64,000 nucleotides of DNA from Peribolospora baueri (Eukaryota), in the NCBI GenBank assembly GCA_029717555.1, contig JAMDHS010000088.1, forward strand, positions 1 to 64,000. The letters run 5' to 3'. The notes beneath the pieces were generated by a model, which saw only the letters and a program-made list of their open reading frames with translations, ran no database searches and was not told the DNA's origin. Made by a program: the position numbers and the translations under genes. Positions 1 through 12,200 of this stretch are shown here, piece after piece; within the stretch, counting starts at the first letter, position 1; each line of letters starts with the position of its first letter.

Positions 1-479
1 GGCGCGGGACACGTCGCGGTGCGTATTCCTGCCGCCTGCACCGTCATGGTTGAGCGTTGCCAATACACTGATCCCCTGCGCCGGCCTTTGTTGGACGAGG
101 TCGCCGAATTTTTCGCCGAGGCCGCTTTCAGGGAGACCTTTTCTTCTTCTCCTTGATGCTCCGACCGACCGTACCGGCGCATCCGCCTCTACGGTAGCGT
201 CCATCCGTTCGTTACACCTCTCGGCCGCCGTCTTTTTCGCCCTGAGCGCCGTACGGCCTGCTGCGCTGCGTTCTCCTCGGCCTGGAATTGCTCTGGATGA
301 CCGCCTTGACCAAGATTCGCTTGTCGGACGCCGCTGAGACCACCGTTCCGACACAACAATTGGCCCTTGTATCGCGTCGCTCGCGACTGACAATCTGTCG
401 TTTATGTTTTCCGGCTCCTCATCGGCCTGGCCATTGACCCCGTTCCCTTCTCCGTACTGAGGCGTCGTCCATGCCATGT

Positions 480-860
480 ACATATCCCCGTGCAGCCCAG
501 CTCCGACATCCCTGGAATAAACGACCTTCCCATTTTCGACTCGAGAAGCCTGTCCTTGTGTCCGTCCGAGTCATACCCCAGGAAAACGCATTGGGTCGAT
601 CGATCGTCGAGTTCCGTTCTGCGTTCAGCGCGTTCAACCGAAGAGTTTGTAAGCCTTGTAATTCCCGGCTTCTTGCCGAACCAGGCTTCATGTACGCGCT
701 TCCTACGAGCATCGCTCACATCTTTCGAGGAGCGTTCGATTTGCTGGCTCCGCAAATCCGTTCCATTGGGTTGTGTACCTCGGCGTCCTCTCGTGAATGA
801 TTCCATTCTGCTTGAGAAACGCAGACGTTCCCCCGAGGTACCGTCTGTGCGCAGTACGCG
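480..860 (-). mobile_element. Degenerate Ty1/copia retrotransposon integrase fragment
   Basis: Minus-strand frames give GIIHERTPRYTTQWNGFAEPANRTLLER (integrase core), then EAWFGKKPG and LDDRSTQCVFLGY (post-integrase motifs), with frameshifts and deletions. Ends approximate. Confidence 0.85.
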
Positions 861-1224
861 CGGAGATGCGCGCACAGCGGCCGGATCGAATTTGCGCCGC
901 GTTGGTCACGTGCCATTATCCGCATTTGCGCGGCGGCTTGCGCATGCCGGTTGGCATCTTTAGAATCCGATCTAATCCGCTCGGACGGATTTCAAACCGA
1001 TCGATAATCCGCGAATCGTCGTTCGCTCATTTTCAACCTTCCCTTCTTTTTCCGTTCCCTTTGCCGGCTTTGCCCGTCAGCGAGGCCGATTTCTTCTTTA
1101 CTCGATCTTCGTGCGCCTCCCTCGCCATCCGCAACCATCTCTACCGCTCTGCTCTACTCGAGTCGCATAGACAATCTCCACTCTCCGCCTCCTTTGCTCC
1201 CTCCCCTCGCTACTGCCATTCACA

Positions 1225-2095
1225 ATGGGTTTCTCTGAAGGTGCGTAGTCTCGTTCCCCGGACAGCGCTCACCAGACGCCACGTCCGCCTCTTCCAAGTA
1301 CTCATCCTTCGCGCCCCCTCCCCACCATGGCCGTCAACGAACAGGTGACGCCAAGAAGGGTGCCTCCCTCTTCAAGACTCGCTGCGCCCAGTGCCACACC
1401 ACCGGCGCCGGTGAGCCTAACAAGGTCGGCCCCAACCTCCACGGTCTTTTGGTGAGTTTGCTTTTCTGCCCTCACCCATTCCGAGCATGCAGGTTTGCAG
1501 TCGATCAATTCTCCGGGGGGTGCGGTGGCGACTTGTATCTCCCCGCGGGCATCGACGAGCGCTGACCAATGTCCGTCTTCGTGCTTCCCTCCCTACCGTG
1601 AACAGGGCCGTAAGTCGGGCCAGGTCGAGGGCTTCTCCTACACCGCCGCCAACATTAACAAGGGTGTCACCTGGTGAGCATTCGTTCGCCGTATCCTCCC
1701 TCTTGGCCGGCCGATCGACTCGTGGGGAAGACGAACGGTGGCTGAAATCCACTTTCCTGCTTGTACAGGAACGAGGAGACTCTCTTCGAGTACCTCGAGA
1801 ACCCCAAGAAGTACATTCCTGGTGAGTCTCCCTTCACTCTTCCCGCTTCTTCCCGACATCGTCCGAGGTGTTTTCAATTCTGACCAGACCGGTTCCTGGT
1901 GTGCCACCTCTCTTCTCATGCCATCTTCGTACAGGTACCAAAATGGCCTTCGCCGGTTTGAAGAAGGAGAAGGACCGCAACGACCTCATCACCTGGCTCC
2001 GCGATGCGGTGAGTAGCATGTTCCGCTTGTTCGCGCCCCATCGGCTCGCTTCTCTGACTGGGCTGCTACCTGTCTCCTGTCTACAGACCAAGTGA
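1225..2095 (+). CDS. CYC1: Cytochrome c (6 exons)
   Basis: Spliced product [24 protein letters not shown]...GPNLHGLFGRKSGQ...[21 protein letters not shown]...TK*. Has the CxxCH haem motif and GT-AG introns. The last coding exon is only 9 nt (2087-2095). Confidence 0.97.
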
Positions 2096-2567
2096 GGCGG
2101 CTCTTCGAGCCGTCAGCGTGGCCAGTCTTGAAGCTGTCTGGAGCAAATAGAGTCACAATCCATGTGCCGTAATATGATATATTGTGAAAAAAAGTTTGAG
2201 CTGGCGGTACATTGTCGAATGATATGAACTCGTCGAGGCATACTGGCGATACGCCGTCGTGCGATAACGGAGTGCTATTAGTACCATCGGATGCCCTAGT
2301 GCTCGAGGAGAAGGACTGACGTTGGTGATGCGGATGACAGCGGTGCCACTCCGGGCAGAGGCACGGCCGCACTGTCCTGTCTTGGGTGCTTGCTGATCGT
2401 GCCGCTGCAGTTTGTGAATGGAGAGGGAAGGGCACCACTCGAAATGACTGACTGACTGGGTTCGCCACGGTCGCCACATCAGACGCACGGGATGGATGGG
2501 TCGCATGCGTAAACGATAAGGCGATCAGCAGACACGAGATGAATGAGGTTGCCAGACGGAGCATCAT
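1989..2567 (-). CDS. Candidate small secreted protein (structure and 3' end uncertain)
   Basis: ATG-initiated ORF starting [22 protein letters not shown] (signal-peptide-like), with possible GTCAGT donors inside. No recognisable family. The 3' end overlaps CYC1 antisense. Confidence 0.3.
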   Translation of the reverse strand: MMLRLATSFISCLLIALSFTHATHPSRASDVATVANPVSQSFRVVPFPLHSQTAAARSASTQDRTVRPCLCPEWHRCHPHHQRQSFSSSTRASDGTNSTPLSHDGVSPVCLDEFISFDNVPPAQTFFHNISYYGTWIVTLFAPDSFKTGHADGSKSRLTWSVDRRQVAAQSEKRADGARTSGTCYSPHRGAR

Positions 2568-2687
2568 GTTAAAGCAGAGGGGCGGCCGCTGCGATCTCTA
2601 AATAGGGCGGCGTCGGAGTGACGAAGTGTCGTGGAACACTCCCCATCGTTCCTCCCTTGTTACTCGTCCCCTGAGCCTGACCCCATG

Positions 2688-2695
2688 TATATAAG
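2688..2695 (+). promoter_or_regulatory. TATA box upstream of the Zn2Cys6 fold-back locus
   Basis: TATATAAG followed by a CT-rich tract (about 2760-2810) typical of fungal 5' leaders, and an ACCATGG start at 2987. Confidence 0.45.
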
Positions 2696-2986
2696 AACAG
2701 GGACTCAGGGCATCCCTGGAGGACGACCTTCACCTTACTACAACCAACCAAATCGATCAAGTTTTCTTCGTCTCTTCACTCTCTTCTCTCTCTCTCTATC
2801 GCTTCCGCTGCAACAACTACTCGCTCCCACGACACGAAGGGATGTCAGGTCTGCTCAAGCTCCTCTCAAGGCCACCATGAGTCGGCCAACCGGATGGGAT
2901 TTGTAAAAGCCCCCCCGCGTAAGATCCTGTGAGTGGTGATCCATAAACTGGCTGTTGCGCAATAGACAGACCAGATACCCTTGACC

Positions 2987-3125
2987 ATGGCGCCACGCCG
3001 CACTTTCACCTGCAGATGGTGTCGTCTCTTGTCCGATACAGGTGCTTGCGGAAGAACAACCTCGAAGTGCGGTGTCAGAGGTGTATGGAGTTCGACCTCG
3101 TCTGCAGATACGATGACGTCTCAAG
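2987..3125 (+). pseudogene. Frameshifted Zn(II)2Cys6 zinc-cluster domain fragment
   Basis: MAPRRTFTCRWCRLL, a 2-nt frameshift, then RYRCLRKNNLEVRCQRCMEFDLVCRY. The repaired spacing is Cx2Cx6Cx9Cx2Cx6C, matching the GAL4-type consensus. Confidence 0.65.
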
Positions 3126-3243
3126 GTTTCTTGAGATCCATCTGTGCTGGAGCGCTCAAGGACGTTATCGTACCTGCAAATATGGTCGAATTTCATACAT
3201 CTCTGACACCGTACTTCGAGGTTTCCTTCCGCAAGCACCTGTA
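3037..3243. repeat. Long inverted repeat / hairpin (84 and 83 bp arms, 40 bp spacer)
   Basis: 3037-3120 is the reverse complement of 3161-3243, with 11 substitutions and 1 indel by manual alignment. Confidence 0.95.
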
Positions 3244-3500
3244 GCCCCTGGTCCAGCACACTTGTTGTCCATCGCTCTGGCCAAGACCGGCGACTACGCG
3301 GTCAACGACCATCAGTTCGACTTTCTGTCGAGGTCGCCCGGACCAAAGCGATCGAGGCGGGCGTACAACAACAGGTCGACTTGCGCCCATGGAAACGCGT
3401 CGGACATGCCCTTGGAGAGCGATAGATATGACTTTGTCGTGTGCTGCGCCGCTTTCAAAAAAACTTCTCCGGGCCCGTTTGCGTCCTGCAGGGGAGGTAC
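3241..3500 (+). pseudogene. Class I SAM-dependent methyltransferase, N-terminal/central part (bacterial-like, intronless)
   Basis: Across frameshifts: VAPGPAH-LSIALAKTGDYAV...ISSTFVEVARTKAIEAGVQQQVDLRHGNASDMPLESDRYDFVVCCAAFK-NFSGPVCVLQ (motif I, post-I and II of Methyltransf_11/25-type enzymes). Confidence 0.8.
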
Positions 3501-3847
3501 GAGATGGGAAGGAAGGATGGATGGACGGCCGCCCGCGCACCGGCGATCGTGGGCAAGAAGAGCAGAGCAGGCCGGCAGGCCATGTTTCGTCTACTTGGTC
3601 TGCTAGCTAGATGGAATGGAAAGGAAGAAAGAAAGATGGCGAATGTCTGGCCGCACCAACTTGTCCGGTCCATCTCCTTCCACCTCTGTTTCGCGGTAGT
3701 CGTTGGCAATGCCCTGAAATGGATGCGTCAGTTAAAGCACAAGTCCCCGCCGTCGCAGCACCTCCAGATCGCTCTGCTCGCGGCCGACGTCGGGCGGCTC
3801 CACCCGTCAGTAACGCGTGCGGTTCTCTTGGACAAGGGTCGCCGTCG

Positions 3848-4115
3848 TCACTTTTGCATCCCCACCTAGAGAGACATCGCGGCGTTTCGCGGATTGCGAA
3901 CGACTGCAAGTAGGTGAGGGAGATGAAGTGTTCGAAGCTCTCTTGGTGTAAGCGCTCCTTGGTGTAAGCGCGCCTGGGCAGCCAGAAGCGCAGGACCAAC
4001 TTGGTAATCGCCGCATGGACGGCCCCGAGGCCCATGCGGGCCACGTCGTCGACGACCGCTCGCTTGGACACGTCGGGGCGCAAGTCGATTATGAGAGCTC
4101 GGCCGGCCGGAGGCG
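3848..4115 (-). pseudogene. C-terminal part of the same methyltransferase, on the opposite strand
   Basis: LRP-GRALIIDLRPDVSKRAVVDDVARMGLGAVHAAITKLVLRFWLPRRAYTKE...FEHFISLT...IRETP...VGMQK*. Contains an internal GCGCTTACACCAAG tandem duplication and a premature stop. Confidence 0.75.
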
Positions 4116-4186
4116 TTTCATGTCGTTCCCGTTGCTCGCCTCGCCCAGCCCTGCCTGCCGTCGTGCTCGGAGCCGATCTGGCACTC

Positions 4187-4187
<1 letters not shown>

Positions 4188-4216
<29 letters not shown>
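4188..4216. repeat. (CTTT)7 microsatellite
   Basis: Seen directly in the sequence. Confidence 0.9.
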
Positions 4217-4217
<1 letters not shown>

Positions 4218-4953
4218 CGTCTCGTCTCGTCCTCTTGAAGCGCGCTGTGCCCGCCTCCTTTTCGATCTGCCCTTGTTGTATCTGTGCGGTCCTTTTCGGA
4301 AGACAAGCGAGCCACGTTGTCTCTTGGTGAACGGCCATGGTGGGAGAAGGTACCGAGGTCGTGCTCGGCGCAGACTCGGGGCGGCCGACGCAGCTGCCCT
4401 CACAGACACATAGAGCGCGTGATCGTCGTGCTCGAAGCGGAATTGCGACTTCCACGTCGAGCGTTTGTATTTCGCCTTTTGCGCCGCTTCTATTCTGAAA
4501 CCGGTGCCTCAAATAGAATCGAGTCACTTCTTGTCTCTCTCTCTGTCTCGAGACCAGACAAAACCGGTCTGCCGCAGCCTCTGCCGCAGCAGTCGGCCGT
4601 CTCCGTCCGTCTCTCTCTCTTCCCTCACTAACGACACTGCCTTGCCCCTCCTGGCTCTGGCTCTGGCTCGCCGCGCCGCCTCTGCTCCCGTCCCGCACGC
4701 CCGCAATCCGTCTTCGCCCTCGTCCCACTCATCCCCGTCTCCTCCACCAACCATCACTCACCCTCTCCCGGCTTGCTCTTTAACTCTTCTTGTCCAACCA
4801 ACCCCAGCCCGGCTTGCCTTCCCCACACATCTCTCCCACCTACCACGACAAAACTCCACCTCGCCCTCCTCTCACTCCCTTCTCCGTCCTTCTCCCACCT
4901 CTTCGTCCTCGTCGGTGGTCGCGCCGCCGCCACCACCTCGCCGATCGCTCCAC

Positions 4954-7900
4954 ATGGTCAATCCAAGGACTCCAGGGACGCTGTGAGTTCACCAGGCCGT
5001 TTATCTCTATCTGCTTGAGCGCAATGAAGGGGCCGGCGTCTCGCTCGCTCACTCCTCCCTCCGATGCTCCCCTTCGCTCCCACCGCGCTGATCGGTTACA
5101 TCGCACTCAAGAACGAAGACCATTCGCATCACGGGTGAGTTGACTTTGGTCTTGGGATCTTGGGGTTCGCCTGTCTCAACCCCTCTCCCACGCCTTCGTC
5201 TCGATCTCCTCAGTCGTTGCCGCCGATGGTCTCTCCAAGCGTGACGTCTTCCGTCTCCCCGACCCTTTCGCCGTGGTGACCGTGGACAGCGAGCAAACCC
5301 ACACCACGTCGGTCATCAAGAAAGCCCTCAACCCGTATTGGAACGACAGCTTTGACATGTGAGTCACGTGCTCCGCTCCCTGTTGTCTTTGTGTCCCCAG
5401 TGGAGGAGAGCGCAATGCGGGGGACTGTTCTCGCAGCAGAAAGCATATGACTCAGGGGAATTTGGAGAGCGGCTGACAACCATTTCCCAACCCTTTTTTG
5501 GACACTAGCACCGTCAAAGACTCTTCCATCATTGCCGTGCAGATTTTTGACCAGAAGAAGTTTAAGAAGAGGGACCAGGGTTTCCTCGGCGTCATCAATG
5601 TTCGCGTCAGCGACGTTCTCGATTTGGAGCTCGGAGGCAAAGGTGGGTACTACTTCACTTTGCCTTTGAGATGTTTGTAAGCCCTTATTGACACACCTGC
5701 CGTGCCCCTCCCCTCGTCCCCCTTCACAGTCCTCCTGACTCGTGATCTCAAAAAGTCGAACGATAATCTCGTCGTACACGGCAAACTCATCGTCGACCTC
5801 AACACCAACGTCTCCACTCCCATCTCCAATCCTAATCCTCCTGTCAACCTCTCCACTCCCGACCAAGGTCTGCATGCCAGTGCTTCCTCGTCTTCCCTCG
5901 TATCTCAAACCGAGGCCTCCACCTCCCGTGCCGCCAACGGTTCCGCTTCTCCCGTTGCCGCCGCCAGCTCTGGCCAGGCCAGCTCGGCTTCTCAGAATGC
6001 CGCCCCCGCTTCTGCAGGCCCCGCGTCGACCACGTCGTCCAGCGCCGCTGTTACCGGCAACACATCCACTGGCTCGAACGTGGCACGCAGCTCGTCTGCA
6101 GGCAACGCGAGCGGCACCGCCGGCGCGGCGAACCGCAACTTCAACCCAAATGAAGACCGAGACGGCCCGTTGCCGCGCGGCTGGGAGAGGCGAACGGACC
6201 ATCTCGCTCGGACTTACTATGTCGATCACAACACCAGGACCACGACCTGGACCCGGCCGAGCCTCAACCAGAGCGCAAACACGTCGTCGGCCGAAGCTGC
6301 GACGGCGGCGGATCGACAGAGGCACAACAACCGTGCCCTGGCGGACGAAATGCTGGGAGTCAATGAGGGAGGCGGCTCCACCACGACCGATACCTCGGCC
6401 ACGACCAGCTCGGCACCGCTGACGACGGAGAGGCAAACGACCCTCGGTCAGGGCCCTCTGCCGGCGGGATGGGAGCAGCGGACGACGCCGGAAGGCAGGC
6501 CGTACTTTGTCGATCACAATACGCGGACGACGACGTGGGTGGACCCTCGCCGCCAGCAGATTCTGCGGATCATGGGTCCGAACGGCAACAACATCATTAA
6601 CCAGCACCAGACCGTATCGCAGCTCGGCCAGCTGCCATCGGGATGGGAGATGCGCCTCACGAGCACAGCGCGCGTCTACTTCGTCGACCACAACACCAAG
6701 ACGACGACGTGGGACGATCCTCGTCTGCCCAGCAGCTTGGACCAGAACGTGCCGCAGTACAAGCGCGATTTCCGCCGCAAGCTCATCTACTTCAGGAGCC
6801 AGCCCGCTCTCCGGCCCATCCCCGGCCAGTGCCATATCAAGGTCCGCCGTTCGCACATCTTCGAAGACAGCTACGCCGAAATCATGCGCCAGACGCCGAA
6901 CGACCTCAAGAAGAGACTCATGGTCAAGTTCGACGGAGAAGATGGTCTCGACTATGGTGGCGTGTCCAGGTGCGTGGCGAACCGGTCTGGTTTCTCTTGG
7001 AACGCCGCTCGACGCTTCGACCGTGTGCTGACAGTTGTCGTTCTCGAATATTTTGGCCACCCCCGCTTTTCAGGGAGTTCTTCTTCCTCTTGTCGCACGA
7101 GATGTTCAACCCGTTCTACTGTCTTTTCGAGTACTCGGCGCACGATAACTACACGCTGCAGATCAACCCTCATTCGGGTATCAACCCGGAGCACCTGAAC
7201 TACTTCAAGTTTATCGGGCGCTGTGTCGGCCTAGCCATCTTCCACCGCCGCTTCCTCGACGCGTACTTCATCGTCAGCTTTTACAAGATGATTCTCAAGA
7301 AGAAGATCACTCTCGCTGACCTCGAGAGCGTCGATGCCGATTACCACAGGAGCTTGACCTGGATGCTGTGAGCCGCTTCGGGCATCTCTGTCGTCTTGGA
7401 AATGAGGCCCGATGGTTCTGACGACCGGTTTGTTCGTTTCTGTTCGTACAGCGAAAACGACATCACGGACGTGGTAGAGGAGACGTTCTCGACGGTCGAA
7501 GACAAGTTTGGCGAAATGGTCACCGTCGAGCTCAAGCCCGGTGGAGAGGAGGTCCCCGTGACTGAGGAGAACAAGAAGGAGTACGTCGAGCTCATCACCG
7601 AGTGGCGCATCTCCAAACGTGTCGAGGAGCAGTTCAAAGCGTTCCAGGCTGGCTTCACCGAGCTCATCCCTCAGGAGCTCATCAACGTCTTCGACGAGAG
7701 AGAGCTGGAGGTGAGCCGTTCTTTTCGCTCACGTCTTTGGGAGTGATGGCAGGTTTGCTGATCAGAACCGCTCTCTTCATCTTGCAGCTCCTCATCGGCG
7801 GCATGTCCGAGATCGACGTGGACGACTGGAAGAAGTTCACCGATTACCGCGGCTTTACGGAGTCGGACGAGGTCGTCCAGTGGTTCTGGAAGCTCGTCAA

Positions 7901-8293
7901 ATCTTGGCCTCCGGAGCGCAAGAGCAGGCTGCTGCAGTTTGCGACCGGCACTTCGAGGATCCCCGTCAACGGATTCAAGGATCTCCAGGGAAGCGATGGA
8001 CCCAGGAGGTTTACCATCGAGAAAGCTGGGGAGGTGTCGCAGCTGCCCAAGAGCCACACTTGTTTCAACAGAATCGATCTTCCACCTTACTCTAGGTGAG
8101 CGACCGCAGATCTTCCTTAACGACGGCCGCTCAGCCACTACAGCGTTTGCTGACTCGATGACGTTGGCGCGTGTGTCTGTCCTTGCTTTTATTTTTTTTT
8201 CTAACGTGCTTTCCTCTTCGTCGCAGCTACGAGGCACTGGAGCAAAAGCTCACGCTCGCGGTGGAGGAAGGCTTGGGATTCAACCTTGAGTGA
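4954..8293 (+). CDS. RSP5: NEDD4-family HECT E3 ubiquitin ligase (C2, 3xWW, HECT)
   Basis: C2 domain [25 protein letters not shown], three WW domains (LPxGWE...YxVDHNTxTTTW), and HECT with catalytic [16 protein letters not shown]. Ends [12 protein letters not shown]. Confidence 0.97.
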
Positions 8294-9293
8294 TCTCAGC
8301 CTTCCGTCCCGCCGTTCTTGCGATTCTTCTTTCCGCCTATTCCCTCTGAGTAAACGACTGCCTCAACGTAGAAGGTTTCCTTCATCCTCCCTCTCGCCTC
8401 CTTGCCCCTTGGTCTCCCCGGTTCGTCTCGCCTCGCCCCTACCCCCTTGTTGGGATAGTAATCCTCCCAACCCGTTCGCGCGTCCGTCTTTCCTTGGTGT
8501 ACTCTTATCCTTTCGGGCCTCTCTTCCTTTCATTTCACACCTTTTATGTCGGCTCTCTCCTCCCTTTTCCTCGCCGCACTTAGGGTTGCTGGTTCGCTTC
8601 ATCGTGCCCCATCTCCCCACTTCCAGTCCGTTCCTTCACGGCACATATGGTCCACTTGTTTGCCCTACGAGATGGATGTCGTCGTGGGTCGCTGGTCGCC
8701 CTCCTCTCTGTCATTTGCCCATCGATCTTCCCCCTGCCTGCGCTCGTCCATTATCAATCCGTCTGTCTGGTCCCTCCACCCGTGCCATGTTTCAGGTTCT
8801 ATCATCCTTCCCTTCTCATTCATTCCTCTTTCTTCCCTCCCTCATTCACCGTGGCTGCACTCTCTCTGTCTCCCTCCCTTCCGTCTGCTCCTTTCGGAGT
8901 TGAATGAATTTATTATGTGCCGAATTGGGGCGTGCGAGACGCACGATCGACCCATCACCTATCTATCTATCGTGCACTTGTGTCGTGTCTGTCCCTCGCC
9001 TCGCCGCTGCGGCAGATTAAAAGACTGAAGTGACTCAGGAAGAAGAAAAAAATCGAGCCCGCGTTCTTCTCGAGCCGAAGAAAGGCCGACGGTGAGAGCT
9101 CGCTATCTTCAACCCAAGACAGACCCCTCCTTCTTTTCCTCCTCTTCCTTCCTCTTCCTCTTCCTCTTCCCTCCTTCTCCGCCCTCCTCTTCCTACCCTC
9201 CCCCTCCCCATCCCTCCTCCTTCGTCTTCCTCCTTCATCTCCACCTCCGCCCTCTCCTATCCACATCCGCTCATATCGTGCCTGCCACAAGCC

Positions 9294-12200
9294 ATGCTTC
9301 ACCTCGGTCGGGCGACCACCTCCGCCTCTCTCGGGCGTGCATGGCCAGTCCGATCGCGAGCCCTTCTCTCTAACCCCCTCCTTCGTCCAGCAGGAGTGTC
9401 GGCGACTGCGACTGCAACGACGGCCCACTTCGGATTGCTCTCCTCTCGCGGCGCCTCCAAGTCGCCTTTTGCTCCATGGGACCGCCGTACCCTTCACACG
9501 ACCGCCAAAACCTTCGCGTCCGCCTCTCCCCTCGTCGACGAAGGAAAAGCGGCCGCCCCACCTCCCACACCCGGTTCTCCCGCCGACCTCGCTCGCTCCC
9601 TCGCTGCCAAAGTCCTCCCTCGCGGTAAGCGATTCCAAGGTCAGAAGGTCTTGGTCCTTGGAAGTGGTGGCTTGAGCATTGGCCAGGCCGGAGAGTTTGA
9701 CTATTCCGGTGAGTTTTGAGCGTGCGTGCGTGTGGAGAGTTTTGGGTGGGGGGAAAGGGAGGACGACGTACGAGAAAACAGTGAAAGAAACGAGACGAGC
9801 TGGCCACTCGACCAGACGAGGCTCACCTGAGCTACCTCCGTCCTGCGCGCGCGCGCGCGCTTGGCTTGATGTGCTATGCTTGCTCAGGCGCACAGGCTCT
9901 CAAAGCCCTCCAAGAGGACGGCATTGAGACGATTGTGAGTAGAGTGCTCGTTAGGACGACCACGAGACTTCGCCCTGACAGTTTTCCCTCTTTTCCTCCA
10001 CTCTCTCGCTCTCCTAACTCTTGCGCAGCTCGTCAACCCCAACATCGCAACCATTCAAACCTCCCACGAGCTCGCCTCGTCCGTCTACTTCCTTCCTGTC
10101 ACGCCGGACTATGTCGCCTCGATCATCGAGCGAGAACGGCCCGATGGCGTGCTTCTGGCTTTCGGCGGTCAGACCGCTCTCAACGTCGGCATGAAACTCG
10201 GTCGGATGGGCGTATTCGACCGACTCGGTGTAGAGGTTCTCGGTACCTCTCTCTCCACCATGGAGACGAGCGAGGACCGCGATCTCTTTGTCAAGGCGTT
10301 GTCCGGTGAATTCTCTCTCCGAGCTTCCATGACTGATACATCTACAGGGCTGTCCGACGAGCTGGCGCTCACACTCTCGCCTCCGCACGTCCTTTCGTTT
10401 ATCCAGAGATCAATGTGCCCGTAGCCCGCTCCGAGGCAGTGACGAGCGTCAAGGACGCTCTCAAAGCGGCTGAGCGGATAGGTTACCCCGTCATTCTCCG
10501 CGCCGCCTACGCTCTCGGCGGTCTCGGCTCTGGTTTCGCGGCCAACGAGGACGAGCTTCGGGATTTGAGCGCGAAGAGCTTGGCTCTCAGCCCTCAGGTT
10601 CTTATCGAGCGCAGCATGAAGGGATGGAAGGAGTTGGAATATGAGGTGCTCCGTGATGGCGTTGACGTGAGTGCAAGGCCGAACAGGTTGAGTTCTCTAT
10701 CTGAAGTCTCTTCGCTCAATACCCGGGTTTTGCCCTCTTCTTTTCGCTGGCCCTTCGTTCGGATAGAACGCCATCGTCGTCTGCAACATGGAAAACTTTG
10801 ACCCTCTCGGAACCCACACGGGCGACTCCATCGTCGTCGCCCCTTCCCAAACCCTTGACGACCTGCAGTACCACATGCTCCGAGAAGCGGCCATCAAGGT
10901 GATTCGACACCTCGGAGTCGTAGGCGAGTGTAACATTCAGTATGCTCTCGACCCGGAATCGAACCAATACTGCGTCATCGAGGTCAACCCTCGCTTGAGC
11001 CGTTCTTCGTGAGTACGCGTGCGACAGGCCTGAGATTGAATTAGCACATGGCATCGATAATCTGAACTGAGCCTCTTTGTTTCCCTCCTCTCACCTAGGG
11101 CCCTCGCTTCCAAGGCCACTGGCTACCCGCTCGCTTACACCGCTGCCAAGATCGCTCTCGGCTTCACTCTTCCCGAACTGCCCAACGCCGTCACCAAGAA
11201 CACCACCGCCTGCTTCGAGCCGTCGTTGGACTACATCGTAACCAAAATCCCAAAGTGGGACCTGGCCAAGTTCCAGCACGTTGACCGTCATGTGGGTTCG
11301 TCGATGAAGTCAGTCGGTGAGGTCATGGCCATCGGCCGCAACTTTGAGGAGTCGCTGCAGAAGGCCATCCGCCAGGTCGACCCTCGCTTCGCCGGCTTCG
11401 AGGCCTACGTCAAGCCCAAGGACCTCGACCAGGCACTGTCCGTTCCCACCGACACCCGACTCTTTGCCGTTGCCCACGCCATGCTCAACAAGAACTACTC
11501 CGTCGACCGATTGCACGACCTGACCAAGATTGACAAGTGGTTCCTTTACAAGCTCGACAACATTGTCCAGATCCACCGCACCCTATCAACCAAGAAGCTC
11601 GAGGACTGCGACTTTGATCTCGTGCAGGCGGCCAAAAAGGTGGGCTTCTCCGACCGCCAGATCGCCGCTCTCACGAAGACCACCGAGCTCGAGGCCCGGG
11701 CACACCGCAAGGCTCTTGGTATCACGCCGTTCGTCAAGCGGATCGACACCCTTGCCGCCGAGTATCCCGCGTATACCAATTATCTCTACACTACCTACAA
11801 CGCTACCGAGCACGATGTCCAGTTCGACGAGCACGGAACCATGGTTCTCGGCTCTGGCGTCTACCGCATCGGTTCTTCTGTCGAGTTCGATTGGTGCGCC
11901 GTGACGTGCGCTCGCAAAATTCGCGGCATGGAGAAGCGCACGATCATGGTCAACTATAACCCGGAGACGGTGTCGACAGACTTTGACGAGGCGGACCGTC
12001 TCTACTTTGAGGAACTCGGCTTCGAACGTGTTATGGACATCTACGAGCTCGAGGGCGCCGAAGGCGTTGTCGTCTCTGTGGGCGGCCAGCTGCCTCAGAA
12101 CATCGCCCTCCGCCTCAAGCAGGCCGGTGTCAACGTCCTTGGCACTGACCCGGAGCGGATCGACAGTGCCGAGGACAGACATAAATTCTCTGCCATTCTC

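Noticed and set aside
5210..7060. 616-aa minus-strand ORF, and similar long antisense ORFs such as 11586-12518
   Set aside because: Shadow frames of high-GC3 coding exons (RSP5, CPA2) with no independent motifs.
8950..9293. Arginine attenuator peptide uORF upstream of CPA2
   Set aside because: The AAP belongs to the small-subunit gene (CPA1/arg-2). No matching ATG-initiated peptide is seen, only a CT-rich leader.
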